From: an uncultured delta proteobacterium
Lineage (GTDB): Bacteria; Myxococcota_A; Polyangia; Polyangiales; Polyangiaceae
DNA: 64,000 nt
Direction: 5' to 3'
NCBI GenBank assembly: GCA_963841435.1
Contig: CAWJCS010000006.1
Span: 1,600,001 to 1,664,000, forward strand
A program made the translations under genes and the position numbers. The notes below the pieces were generated by a model. It did no database searches. It was not told where the DNA came from and saw only the letters and a list, made by a program, of their open reading frames with translations. Shown here piece after piece: positions 9,814 to 19,752 of the stretch (position 1 is its first letter; the number at the start of each line of letters is the position of its first letter).

Positions 9814-10506
9814 ATGCGCTACCTCGCCAGCATGGTCCTCGTGCCCGCCCTGCTCGCGTGCCGAGCCGAGCCGAAGAACGAACAGAGTGAACGGACGCCT
9901 GCCGTGGTGAGCGCGACGGCCGCTGCCGCGCCGAACGCACCCGTGTCGGCCACGGCCAAGCCGGCCCGCGTCGGTGAGCCCGCCCCGAGCTTCACGCTAC
10001 CGGATCTCGAGGGCAAGCCCGTCGAGCTCGCGAGCTTTCGCGGCAAGACGGTGGTGCTCGAGTGGTTCAACCCGGAATGCCCCTTCGTGCGTGCCTCGCA
10101 CACCAAGGGCTCGCTCATCGACGCGGCCGTTCGACTGACCGGCGCGAACGTCGTTTGGCTCGCGATCAACTCGGCGGCGCCCGGCAAGCAGGGCTACGGT
10201 CGAGAGAAGAACCTCGCCGGCAAGCAGCGCTACGGCCTCACCCACCCCGTCTTGCTCGACGAGACCGGCGCCGTCGGCCACCTATACGGCGCCGCGCGGA
10301 CGCCGCACCTCTTCGTCATCGACGCGAAGGGAGTGCTCGTCTACCGCGGCGCCGTCGACAATTCGCCCGACGGCGAAGGCGAATCGCCCACGGGCGAAAA
10401 GCTCGTGCGTTACGTCGACGAGGCCTTGAAAGCGCTCGCCTCGAACGAGCCCGTCGCGCCGGCCGAGACGGAAGCCTACGGTTGCAGCGTCAAGTACGCG
10501 AAGTAG
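9814..10506 (+). CDS. Thioredoxin-like/redoxin lipoprotein
   Basis: Lipobox ALLAC, VLEWFNPECPFV, ARTPHLFVID, YGCSVKY. Confidence 0.88.
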   Translation: MRYLASMVLVPALLACRAEPKNEQSERTPAVVSATAAAAPNAPVSATAKPARVGEPAPSFTLPDLEGKPVELASFRGKTVVLEWFNPECPFVRASHTKGSLIDAAVRLTGANVVWLAINSAAPGKQGYGREKNLAGKQRYGLTHPVLLDETGAVGHLYGAARTPHLFVIDAKGVLVYRGAVDNSPDGEGESPTGEKLVRYVDEALKALASNEPVAPAETEAYGCSVKYAK

Positions 10507-10586
10507 CGCCGGCGACGCCGCAAGCGGCCGGACGAGCCCGCGAAGGCTCGCTCAGCGAGCCAAGCCGGCGCGGCTCTCGTTTCGCT

Positions 10587-12833
10587 TCAGTGCCGGGGAC
10601 GGCCGCCGCGGTCGCGCCCGCCGCGCGGACCACGATCACGATCGCGCCCACCGCCGGGACCACGCGGTCCACGCCCGCCACCGGGACCCGCCTCGCGCGC
10701 CCGCTGCAGGCGCTCGCGCGCTGCCTCGCCTTCCTCGCCTTCGGGGAACGGCAGAAGCTCGCGACGCGACAGGCGCACCTTGCCGTCGCGCTCGACGCTG
10801 ATGACCTTCACCTCGACTTCTTCGCCCTCCTGCAGCACGTCAGCGGGCGATTCGACGCGGGTGTGCGCGATCTCCGAAACGTGGAGCAGCGCTTCGGAGT
10901 TCGGCAGGATCTCCACGAAGGCACCGAAATCGACGAGGCGCGTGATCTTGCCGCGGTAGACGCGGCCGACCTCGGGCTCGGCGACCAAGCCCTCGATGAT
11001 CGCGAGAGCGCGCTTCACGGCATCCGAGTCGGCGCTCGCCACGGCCACCGTGCCGTCGTCTTCCACGTCGACGCTGCAGCCCGTCTGATCGACGATGCCC
11101 TTGATGGTCTTGCCACCGGGTCCGATGATGATGCGGATCTGGTCGGGCTTGACCTTGATGGTCGTGATGCGCGGCGCCCAGCGGTTGATCTCCGGGCGCG
11201 TGGCGGGCAGCGTTGCCAGCATCTTGCCGAGGATGTGCAGGCGCGCTTCGCGTGCCTGATCGAGCGCCCGCTCGAGGATGGTGCGTTCGAGACCGGCAAT
11301 CTTGATGTCCATCTGGATGGCCGTGACGCCGCGTTCCGTGCCGCAAACCTTGAAGTCCATGTCGCCGAGGTGATCCTCGTCGCCCAGGATGTCGCTCAGG
11401 ATCGCGACCTTTTCACCCTCGGCGATGAGGCCCATGGCGATGCCGGCGACGGGGCGGCGCAGCGGCACGCCGCAGTCCATGAGGCTGAGCGAGCCGCCGC
11501 AGACGCTCGCCATCGAGCTCGAGCCGTTGGACTCGAGGATCTCGCTGACGATGCGGATCGTGTAGGGGAACTCCTCGTGCGTGGGGAGCATGCGCGTGAG
11601 CGCCCGCTCCGCGAGCGCGCCGTGTCCAACCTCGCGCCGGCCAGGGCCGCGCATCGGCTTGGTCTCGCCGGTCGAGAAGGGCGGGAAGTTGTAGTGGAGC
11701 ATGAAGCGCTTCCACGACTCGCCCGTGAGCGCGTCGATCTTCTGCTCGTCGCTGGCCGTGCCGAGCGTCGCCGTGACGATGGCTTGCGTCTCGCCGCGCT
11801 GGAACAGCGCCGAGCCGTGCACGCGGGGTAGCAGGCCGACCTCGCAGCTGATCGGGCGCACCGTCTTGGTGTCGCGGCCGTCGATGCGCTTGCCCTCGTC
11901 GAGCACCATGGCGCGCACGACGGTGGCCTTGCGCTCCTCGAGCTCTTGTTTGACGAGCTTCTCCATGCCCACGAATTTCTCGGCCCCGAGCTCCTCGGTG
12001 AGCTTACCGAACACCGCCTTCTTGATCTCGCCGTAGCGCTCGTAACGGGCGTGCTTTTCCTTGATCACGCAGGCGGTCTTGAAGTCGCCGTCGGCGAGCT
12101 CGGCCACGCGGCGCGCGACGGCCTCGTCGAGCTTGGGGGCCGTGAAGGTACGCTTCTCGCGACCCACGGCGGCCTTGAGCTTCTCGATGAGCTCGATGAT
12201 CTTCTGCGCCTCGCGGTGGGCGAACATGAGTGCGTCGATGAGGTCGTTCTCGGTCGCCTCGTCGGCGCCGCCCTCGACCATGACGATGGCGCTCTTGCTG
12301 GCCGCCACCGTCAGATCGATGTCGGCGCGCGCGCTCTGCTCGAACGTCGGCAACGCGATCATCTCGCCGTCGATGCGTGCCACGCGGAGCCCGGCGATCG
12401 GGCCGTCCCACGGGATGTCCGAGATGCTGAGCGCGGCGCTCGCGGCGCTCAGCGCCAGCACGTCGGTCGGATTCTCCTTGTCGGCGGAGAGCACCGTGGC
12501 GATGACCTGCGTGTCCTTCTTGTAGCCCTCGGGGAAGAGCGGCCTGAGCGGACGATCCATCAGGCGCGACGAGAGGATTTCGTAGTCACGCAGGCGCCCC
12601 TCGCGCTTGAAGAAGCCGCCGGGGATCTTGCCGGCCGCGTAGGTCTTCTCGACGTACTCGCAAGTGAGGGGGAAAAAGTCGAGGCCCGGCCGTTCCTCGC
12701 TGGAAACGACGGTGACCAGCACGACGCTCTCGCCGTAGGTGGCGAGCACGGCGCCGTCGGCGAGCTTGGCGAGGCGTCCTGTTTCGAACGTGAGCGGTCG
12801 GCCGCCGATCGTGACGGATTCTCTGACGAACAT
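10587..12833 (-). CDS. pnp: Polyribonucleotide nucleotidyltransferase (PNPase)
   Basis: FETGRLAK, DFFPLTCEY, RREVGHG, ESNGSSSMAS, DHLGDMDFKV, KH and S1 domains; follows rpsO. Confidence 0.99.
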   Translation of the reverse strand: MFVRESVTIGGRPLTFETGRLAKLADGAVLATYGESVVLVTVVSSEERPGLDFFPLTCEYVEKTYAAGKIPGGFFKREGRLRDYEILSSRLMDRPLRPLFPEGYKKDTQVIATVLSADKENPTDVLALSAASAALSISDIPWDGPIAGLRVARIDGEMIALPTFEQSARADIDLTVAASKSAIVMVEGGADEATENDLIDALMFAHREAQKIIELIEKLKAAVGREKRTFTAPKLDEAVARRVAELADGDFKTACVIKEKHARYERYGEIKKAVFGKLTEELGAEKFVGMEKLVKQELEERKATVVRAMVLDEGKRIDGRDTKTVRPISCEVGLLPRVHGSALFQRGETQAIVTATLGTASDEQKIDALTGESWKRFMLHYNFPPFSTGETKPMRGPGRREVGHGALAERALTRMLPTHEEFPYTIRIVSEILESNGSSSMASVCGGSLSLMDCGVPLRRPVAGIAMGLIAEGEKVAILSDILGDEDHLGDMDFKVCGTERGVTAIQMDIKIAGLERTILERALDQAREARLHILGKMLATLPATRPEINRWAPRITTIKVKPDQIRIIIGPGGKTIKGIVDQTGCSVDVEDDGTVAVASADSDAVKRALAIIEGLVAEPEVGRVYRGKITRLVDFGAFVEILPNSEALLHVSEIAHTRVESPADVLQEGEEVEVKVISVERDGKVRLSRRELLPFPEGEEGEAARERLQRAREAGPGGGRGPRGPGGGRDRDRGPRGGRDRGGRPRH

Positions 12834-12880
12834 GGTATCTGGCGCTCCTGGCGCTTCGTGCCGCTGCGTGCAGCATGACG

Positions 12881-12982
12881 CCGGAGGCGAGCACCGAGTT
12901 CTTCAGCCTCGATGCCTGCGGCAGACCCAAGTGGGGTGCGCCGCACGAAGCGAAGTTGAAGCTCTGGTCGCTCGCGTTCCGG
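12881..12982 (-). promoter_or_regulatory. Long irregular hairpin in the pnp leader (probable RNase III processing/autoregulation stem)
   Basis: Minus-strand nested pairs CCGGA/TCCGG, GCGAGC/GCTCGC, ACC/GGT, GAG/CTC, CTTCA/TGAAG, CTTCG/CGAGG, TGCGGC/GCCGCA, ACCC/GGGT between rpsO and pnp. Confidence 0.65.
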
Positions 12983-13007
12983 TAGTGACTGACTGCTTGC
13001 CTCGCGC

Positions 13008-13277
13008 CTACTTGCGTAGGTTCAGCGAGGCGACGATCTTTCGGTAGCGGTCCACGTTGGTCCGCTTGAGATAGTCGAGAAGCTGCCGGCGTTGGGCGAC
13101 CAGACGCAGCAAGCCCCGACGGGAATGGTGGTCCTTGACGTGGACCTTGAAGTGCCCGGTGAGGGACTCGATGCGCTGGCTGAGCAGGGCGACCTGCACC
13201 TCCGGCGAGCCGGTGTCGGACTCGTGGAGCCGATGCCGGGCGACGACGGCTGTCTTGGCGCCGGGTTCGAGAGGCAT
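13008..13277 (-). CDS. rpsO: 30S ribosomal protein S15
   Basis: [13 protein letters not shown]...[15 protein letters not shown]...LRK, 89 aa. Confidence 0.99.
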   Translation of the reverse strand: MPLEPGAKTAVVARHRLHESDTGSPEVQVALLSQRIESLTGHFKVHVKDHHSRRGLLRLVAQRRQLLDYLKRTNVDRYRKIVASLNLRK

Positions 13278-13392
13278 GGTTGTTTCCGTGTTTCCTTGGG
13301 GTTTGAGGGGCCGCGAGTATACGCGCGGTCGCTTTTCGGTCAACAGGCGGCTGAACAACGGGCCGGCGCGGCCCGGACCTCGATTTTCTGGC

Positions 13393-14484
13393 TCATTGTG
13401 GCGAGGATCCTCGGCGAAAGAAGAGCGCCGTGAGGGCGAGCGGACCGAACAGGGGGAAAAGCAGTGGGAGACCGCGGGCGAGCACGGCCAGCGCTCCGAC
13501 GCCGCCCGCGGCCCTGCCGGCGCGGTCGAGCACCCTGATGGACGACCCGATGCGCCGTTCGATGCGAAAGCGGCGCAGCCAGTCGAGCCACGAAATGGTC
13601 CTCGCGAGCACGCGACCGAGCGGCGTTGCGGGGTCGAGCTGGACCACACGCTCGCCGAGCTCCGGCACGACGAACGCGACGTAGCCCGCGGCCATCACGT
13701 AACTGAACAGCTCGACCTGGGCCGATTGCTCGATGCCGAGGTGAAAGAGCGCGCCGAGGTAGAACGCGACCGTGCGCGTGCGGGGCAGCCATAGACCCAC
13801 GGCGAGGAACAGCTCGGTCGCGATGGCGGCCTTCGATGCGACACTGGCGAAATCGGGCGACGCGTAGATCCTGGCGACGAGATCCGGGAGGGGCCGGCCG
13901 TGTCTCGCGAGGTAGTCAACCGCGGACGCGAAGCGAACCCCCATCGTCTGCCCGCTCCGCCAGTCAGGATCGAGCAGCTTGCCTCCGCCGGACGACACGT
14001 AGATCGCGGACACTTGGAGCCGCAGGAGCCGGGTCGCGAAGAACGGCGCGCGACGGGCCGCCTCGTCGAGCGCGAGCCCACCGCGCCGCACGAACATGAG
14101 ACTGCGATCGCAGGGCGAGAAGGCGGCCAGGAAGGCGAAGAGCAGCAGCGCGAGGCGGTTATTGTGATACTCGCGTCGGTCGCACAAGAGCAGGAACAGC
14201 CCGATGCTCGATGCGACGAAGAGCCCCTCGCGAGGCCTCACGCCCACGACGGCGACCGCCGCCGCCACGAGTGACACGACGAGCAGCGCCACGTAGCCCG
14301 CCGCCGACGGCACGAGCGCCTCGGGGACGATGGGCAAGTGGAACACGTCGCCGAAATACGGGACGTGCTCGAGCTCGAGCAGGCGGTTCAACGTCTGCAC
14401 GATGAGCAGCACCCCGAGCGCGATGCGCATCACGCCGAGCGTGTAGGCGTCGCGCTCCGCGTGAGCGAGCGCTGGAAGCGTCAC
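13393..14484 (-). CDS. HTTM-domain membrane protein with C-terminal DCC-like remnant
   Basis: [44 protein letters not shown]...LFSYVM; GTG start overlaps the upstream stop (GTGA). Confidence 0.82.
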   Translation of the reverse strand: MTLPALAHAERDAYTLGVMRIALGVLLIVQTLNRLLELEHVPYFGDVFHLPIVPEALVPSAAGYVALLVVSLVAAAVAVVGVRPREGLFVASSIGLFLLLCDRREYHNNRLALLLFAFLAAFSPCDRSLMFVRRGGLALDEAARRAPFFATRLLRLQVSAIYVSSGGGKLLDPDWRSGQTMGVRFASAVDYLARHGRPLPDLVARIYASPDFASVASKAAIATELFLAVGLWLPRTRTVAFYLGALFHLGIEQSAQVELFSYVMAAGYVAFVVPELGERVVQLDPATPLGRVLARTISWLDWLRRFRIERRIGSSIRVLDRAGRAAGGVGALAVLARGLPLLFPLFGPLALTALFFRRGSSPQ

Positions 14485-14963
14485 TTTCGTGCCGCCCGGA
14501 AACGTACGGTGCGCGGATCGCGTCCGTTCTTGAGCGTGTCGACGACGGCGACGAACGCGTGGGTCTCGGCGTCGAGCGGCACGTGCCGGGCAACGTCGTC
14601 GAGCGCGCGCTCGAGGTGAAAAAGCTGTGCGCCGAGGCCGTAGGAGGCGTGGACGAACCGGTCGACGTGGCTGATCGAGCCCGTGGGCACGCGGTCGTGC
14701 CAGTCGAAAAGGTGGCGATTTCCCCGTGCGTCGCGCGCGCGCCACGCCCCGTTTACCATGGGGACGAGTCGCGGGCTCCGCGCGGGACCGACCTCGCGGA
14801 ACAGCCGAATGCGGAGGCTGGACGACTCGTTGAACATCTGGAACCCGAACACATGGTCGGGCGCGAGCTGCCCGGCGGCAACCATCGCGACGAGGACCAC
14901 GACGTACGCCAAGGAAAACGGCAGGCGCGCCTTCGGGGGAAGATCGAGGAGGGAGCGGGGCAT
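14481..14963 (-). CDS. Small membrane-anchored protein coupled to the HTTM gene
   Basis: One N-terminal hydrophobic helix then VFGFQMFNE; stop overlaps the HTTM start. Confidence 0.72.
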   Translation of the reverse strand: MPRSLLDLPPKARLPFSLAYVVVLVAMVAAGQLAPDHVFGFQMFNESSSLRIRLFREVGPARSPRLVPMVNGAWRARDARGNRHLFDWHDRVPTGSISHVDRFVHASYGLGAQLFHLERALDDVARHVPLDAETHAFVAVVDTLKNGRDPRTVRFRAARK

Positions 14964-14990
14964 CTGGCGAGCCGATGGCACGCGCTCGCG

Positions 14991-15992
14991 TCAGTTACAC
15001 TGGTTGTTGTAGTTCTGTCGCCCGCGCAGCGACGCCTTGCCGAGCAGCGCCGTGGAATCGAGCGCATCGAGCTGGGTGCGGACCGAGTTGGCGTCGGTCG
15101 CCGCGGTGGGCATGAAGTCCGCGGTGGCGAGTGCGTAGAGCACGAATTCGTACACGTTGCAGGCAGATCCGGGGCCGAAGTAGCCGTCACCCTGGGACAG
15201 GTTCCGCTGCTCCGAGCCTGCGGGAACGGCGGGAGTGGTCGTGCTTTTGTCGACGTCCGCCGCGAGCATCGTCGCGTTGCCCGGGATGTTCCAGAGCACC
15301 CAGTGGGCAAACCCGTTGGTGAGATCCTGCAAGATGACGGCAAAGCTCTGCGTGCCGGCCGGTACGCCCGTCCAGTCGAGCTCCGGCGAGACGTTCGGGC
15401 CGCTCATGTAGCTCGCGAGCTCGCGCGGGAAGACGTCGCATGACGTTGCCGTGTCGGCGGCACAGCCAGGCATGCTCACGAAGTCGGGGTTGGTGAGCGT
15501 GAACGCGCCGCCACCGCTCGAGCCACCATTGCCCGCCGAACCGGAGGTGCCGGCATCGCCCGCCATGCCACCGGCACCGGCGCCGGCACTCGCCGCACCG
15601 GCACTACCGGCGTCGCCCGCCAAGCCGCCGGCACCGGCACCCGCTGCGCCGGCTGCCCCTGTCCCGCCCATCGAGCCCGCCGCGCCACTCGTCGAGCCGG
15701 CGGAGCCGGAGGTGCCAGCGCTGCCTGCGGCCGCGCCCGCCGTGCCCCCTTGCCCGCCGCCCGCTGCGCCCGCCGTGCCGGCGCCGCTTCCCGAGCTGCC
15801 GCCCGTGCCCGCGCTGCCGCTCGCGCCACTCCCCGCCGTTCCTCCGAGCGTGCCCGCGGAGCCGCCCGATGCGCCGCTGCCACCCGCACCGCCGTTGCCC
15901 GCCGGCGTCTCGTCGCTCGAGCTGCAGCCGACGAAAAGCGGGAGCGATGACAGCAAGAAGGCGGAAAGCGTCTTGGAGCGGCGGAAGGACAT
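14991..15992 (-). CDS. YbhB/YbcL (PEBP/Raf kinase inhibitor-like) lipoprotein with Gly/Ala/Ser linker
   Basis: Lipobox LFVGC, ~140-aa G/A/S linker, NVSPELDW, SFAVILQD, FAHWVLWNIP, YEFVLYAL. Confidence 0.88.
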   Translation of the reverse strand: MSFRRSKTLSAFLLSSLPLFVGCSSSDETPAGNGGAGGSGASGGSAGTLGGTAGSGASGSAGTGGSSGSGAGTAGAAGGGQGGTAGAAAGSAGTSGSAGSTSGAAGSMGGTGAAGAAGAGAGGLAGDAGSAGAASAGAGAGGMAGDAGTSGSAGNGGSSGGGAFTLTNPDFVSMPGCAADTATSCDVFPRELASYMSGPNVSPELDWTGVPAGTQSFAVILQDLTNGFAHWVLWNIPGNATMLAADVDKSTTTPAVPAGSEQRNLSQGDGYFGPGSACNVYEFVLYALATADFMPTAATDANSVRTQLDALDSTALLGKASLRGRQNYNNQCN

Positions 15993-16188
15993 GTCGACAG
16001 AATCTGCCCGGCGAGCGCGGTCGAGTCAACGCGCGGGTGCGTCAGCGCGCCCCAGGGATTCGCGCTGCCCGCTTCAATTTTTCGATGACGTCGGTGTGCA
16101 ACCCCGGGGCGCGCGTCGAGCCCCTCGCGGCGGCCGCGCTATACTGGCGGTTCCCCGCGCGCGAGCTTCGTTCTTCTTCAGGAGTTAC

Positions 16189-17361
16189 ATGAGCCAAGAG
16201 CGCTTTCTTTTCTCGACGATGGCCACGCTGCTTGCCCTTGGATGCTCTCCCGCCGCCAAGGTCGAAGGCACGGGCGGCAGCTCCTCCGGTGCAACGAGCG
16301 GCAGCGCTGGTGCGGCCAACGGCGGAACGAGCGGTGCCTTTTCTGGCGGCTCTTCTGGGATCGGCGGCACGGTGTCGGGGAGCTCGGGTGCGGGGGGCAC
16401 CAGCGGCAGCGCGGGCGTTGCCACGGGTGGGCTCGGCGGCGCGGGCGGTGATACGGGCGGGACCGCGGGCGGCTCGGGCCTCGGCGGCACGGCGGGCTCG
16501 GCGGGTGATGCCATCGACGCGGGATCGGCCGGGGCCGCGGGCGCGGGTGCCGGGGGCGACGCGGGCCTCGGAGGCCTGGGTGGCTCCGGTGCGGGTGGCG
16601 ACGCGGGCGGCGCCGGAGCCGGCGCGGGCGGCACGGCCGGCGCCCCGCCGTCCGGATTCTTCACCGAGGACTTCGAGAGCGGCGCGGACGGCATGGCGCC
16701 CGCCGGCTGGGACACGTTCATCGCCTACCAGAAGAACAACCCGCAGAACACGACCAGTAGCAGCGCCTACGCGCTCGTCAACACGACGCGCGCTCACGGC
16801 GGCACGAAGTCTGCGCACTTCCACGGCGGCGCGAGCCCCGCGATGATCACGCGGCCGCTGCCCGGCGGCACGAACAAGCTGTACGTGCGCGCGTGGGTGT
16901 ACATGACGCGCCAGCTCGGCAACGATCCGAGCCAGAACGCCAACCACGAGACGCTGCTCGGCATCCGCAAAACTTCGGGCGACGCCGGCGACGAGGTGCG
17001 CTTCGGCGAGATCAAGGGGGTCATCGGCACGAGCATGCCGGCCATCGGGGACGCCATCTCGCCTCCGATGGCAAGCTGGCATTCGGGCCCTTCCGTCGCC
17101 GCGAACACGTGGGCCTGCATCGAGGTCGCGTTCCTCGGCGATGCGACGCCGAACACGCTGCATGCCTGGGCCGACGGCACCCTGGTGCACGAGATCACGA
17201 GCGTTGGACCCGACCAATGGGAAAGTAAGACGCTGCCCGAAGACTGGATGGCGGGGCGCTTCACCGAAGTGATCCTCGGCTGGCAGAGCTTCAGCGGGTT
17301 CGACATCGACGTGTGGATCGACGACATCGTCCTCGGTACGTCGCCGATCGGTTGCGGCTGA
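16189..17361 (+). CDS. Lipoprotein with Gly/Ala linker and a carbohydrate-active beta-sandwich (Cip1-like) domain
   Basis: AGGAG RBS, lipobox LALGC, EDFES, RAHGGTKS, LYVRAWVYM, WACIEV, VWIDDIVL. Confidence 0.75.
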   Translation: MSQERFLFSTMATLLALGCSPAAKVEGTGGSSSGATSGSAGAANGGTSGAFSGGSSGIGGTVSGSSGAGGTSGSAGVATGGLGGAGGDTGGTAGGSGLGGTAGSAGDAIDAGSAGAAGAGAGGDAGLGGLGGSGAGGDAGGAGAGAGGTAGAPPSGFFTEDFESGADGMAPAGWDTFIAYQKNNPQNTTSSSAYALVNTTRAHGGTKSAHFHGGASPAMITRPLPGGTNKLYVRAWVYMTRQLGNDPSQNANHETLLGIRKTSGDAGDEVRFGEIKGVIGTSMPAIGDAISPPMASWHSGPSVAANTWACIEVAFLGDATPNTLHAWADGTLVHEITSVGPDQWESKTLPEDWMAGRFTEVILGWQSFSGFDIDVWIDDIVLGTSPIGCG

Positions 17362-17408
17362 GCCGGGGCGGCGGCAGCCTTCTGGGCGGCCGAACGGAAC
17401 GTTGTCGC

Positions 17409-18173
17409 ATGACTCCCGCGAAGACCACCCCACCGAGCTTCTCTCTCGCCGGCAAGGTCGCGCTCGTCACGGGCGCAAGCTACGGCATCGGCGCGGGCCT
17501 CGCGCGCTCGCTCGCGGCAGCCGGGGCGGAGGTGGCCGTCGCCGCGCGGAGCCGCGAGCCGCTCGAGGCGCTGGCCCACGAGCTCGCCGGCTTGGCCGTG
17601 CCGTTCGACGTGAGCGACGTGTCGAGCACGCGGCGCGGCATCGACCGCGTCGTCGAGCACTTCGGCCGCATCGACTTGCTCGTGAACAACGCGGGCCTCG
17701 GCGACAATCAAGACGCCGTCAACGTGACGGAAGAGGACTGGGACCGCATGTTCGCGGTCAACGCCAGGGGCCTTTTTTTCGCGTGTCAGGCCGCGGCGCG
17801 CCACATGCTCCCCCGCCAGTCGGGGCGCATCGTCAACATCAGCTCGCAGGCGGGCCTCGTCGGGATCCGGCGGCACGCCGTGTATTCCGCGACCAAAGGC
17901 GCCGTGAACATGCTCACGAAGGTGCTCGCGCTCGAATGGTCGCCCCACGGCGTGACCGTCAACGCCGTCGCCCCCACTTTCACGCTCACCCCCGGCACGA
18001 AGGAACGCCTCGAAGACCCGGAGTTTCGAGCGGGCGTGCTCGCACGCATTGCCACGGGCCGTTTCGGCACGATCGACGACATCGCGGGGGCCGTGATCTA
18101 CTTGAGCTCTCCCGCGGGCGCGCTCGTCACGGGAAGCGTGCTCGTCGTCGATGGCGGCTGGACCGCCGAGTGA
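17409..18173 (+). CDS. Short-chain dehydrogenase/reductase (KduD/gluconate dehydrogenase-like)
   Basis: TGASYGIG, NNAG, YSATKGA, VNAVAPT, VDGGWTA. Confidence 0.92.
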   Translation: MTPAKTTPPSFSLAGKVALVTGASYGIGAGLARSLAAAGAEVAVAARSREPLEALAHELAGLAVPFDVSDVSSTRRGIDRVVEHFGRIDLLVNNAGLGDNQDAVNVTEEDWDRMFAVNARGLFFACQAAARHMLPRQSGRIVNISSQAGLVGIRRHAVYSATKGAVNMLTKVLALEWSPHGVTVNAVAPTFTLTPGTKERLEDPEFRAGVLARIATGRFGTIDDIAGAVIYLSSPAGALVTGSVLVVDGGWTAE

Positions 18174-18198
18174 GCGCGACCGGCGCCGTCGGTGCCGC

Positions 18199-19752
18199 TC
18201 ACCACGCGGCTCGCACGGCGACGCCGTAGCCGAGCCGGTTGGGATCCGAGAATCCGCGACCGGTGAAGCCGCCCGGACCCGCGACGAGGCGCGTGCGGTT
18301 GAAATCGCGCCGGAGCTCGAGCCAGGCGAGCCCTACGAGCAGGTGTGAGAGCGCGACGCCGAACGATGGTCGAACCTCGACGATGGGCACGGGCGCCTGT
18401 CCAGGTGGCAAGAGCGCCGAGTCGCCAGCACCGTAGACGACGACGGTTCCGCCCGTCGGTTGCCCCAGGGTATCGAGCGTGTGGGTCATCACGGCCGCCG
18501 GTGCTCGCAGGCCGAGCGAAAGGCCCGGCACGAGGCCGTAGCGCAGCGCGAGCGTTGCGCCGAGGAGCGCCAGGCGGTCGCTTGCGAGCCTGGCGTCACG
18601 CGGCGGTGCCAGATCGGGAAAGACCCCGGGCACGCTCCGCGTCACGAACGCCGCGTCGCGCCAGACGAGCGCCGCGCGAGCCTCGAACGCTCCGAGCCGT
18701 GCCGTGCCGACGAGCGCCGCTGCGCGTGCCGGCAAGAGCAGCGTGCTCGCCGGGTCTTCGAACGCCCGGACACGCTCGAGCAGCGTCACGCCCTCGAGGC
18801 TCGCGGCCCAGGCGCTTTGGCCACGAGGCGCGACGGAGAGCCCCGCCGTAGGATCGTCCGGCTCGAGCCCAGCGCCGAACGCGACGGGCGGCTCCGGCTC
18901 GATCGCCCCGCCACGGACGGTCGCGCGCAGCGACGCGCCGGTCGTCGTCGCGCGCGGCGGGCGTCCGGGTCCGCTGAGCCTGCCGTGCTCGAAGCGGCCC
19001 ACCGCGACGCCGAGCCCGAGGGCGCGCGTCGGAGCGAGCTCGACGCGACCGAACGCGCCGTAGCTCGTTTCCTCGACGGGGGGCCCGGCCGGCGTCGGCT
19101 CGAGGAAGGCCGCCGTCTTGAGCCCGACTTGCAGCTCGAGTCCCGGCGTTTCGAAGGCGAGGGTCGCGCTCCGCACTGGCCCGCGCGCCGACGCGTACGG
19201 TGACTCGCGTTCGGGGCCGACGGCGCCGCCCCACGCGAGCACCTCGAGCCAGCCCACCCGCTCGCGATCGCCGTCGAGGGGGAAAAGCCGCAGCACGAGG
19301 CGTGCCGAGCCCGACGAGACGAGGCCGAGCGAAGCTTCGACGTAGCTGCCGAGGTCCTCGACGAGGGGCGCCGCGGGCCCGGTGGCGAGCGAATCGAGCC
19401 GGACCTCGGCTCGCAGCGCGGCGCTCGTCTCGAGCCGCGGCACGAGGCCCGGTGCCGTGGTCTTGGTCTCGAGCGTCAACCGGTTCTCGCGTCCCGTGCG
19501 GCTCGACGCGAGGCCGGTCGCGAGGCCATCGTAGCCGCGTCAATCGCCGATGCTCGTCGCCGGCGACGGTGGGCGCGTCTCGCTGGGCGCGTGCAACACG
19601 TCGTCGTCGCCCAGGATGAACACGAGGCGGGTGCTGCCGGCTTCAGCGCGCGGCTCGGGCTCGCTTTCGCGCGCTCCGGCGCGCGCTCCAAGCAGGAGAA
19701 CGGCGAGCGCGCCCGCGGCGACGAGCGAGACCCTCGGCCTGTTGCCCTTCAC
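18199..19752 (-). pseudogene. Secreted, probably outer-membrane beta-rich protein interrupted by one in-frame TGA at 19540-19542
   Basis: ORFs 19540..19809 and 18199..19479 share a frame and read ...ATSIGD*RGYDGLATG...TGRENRLTLE...; signal peptide; GTGA coupling to the upstream gene; ends ...GYGVAVRAAW. Confidence 0.7.

Noticed and set aside
15490-16650. Pro-rich ORFs (15451 + extension, 16185..16721 -)
   Set aside because: Reverse-strand readings of the Gly/Ala linkers of the two lipoproteins.
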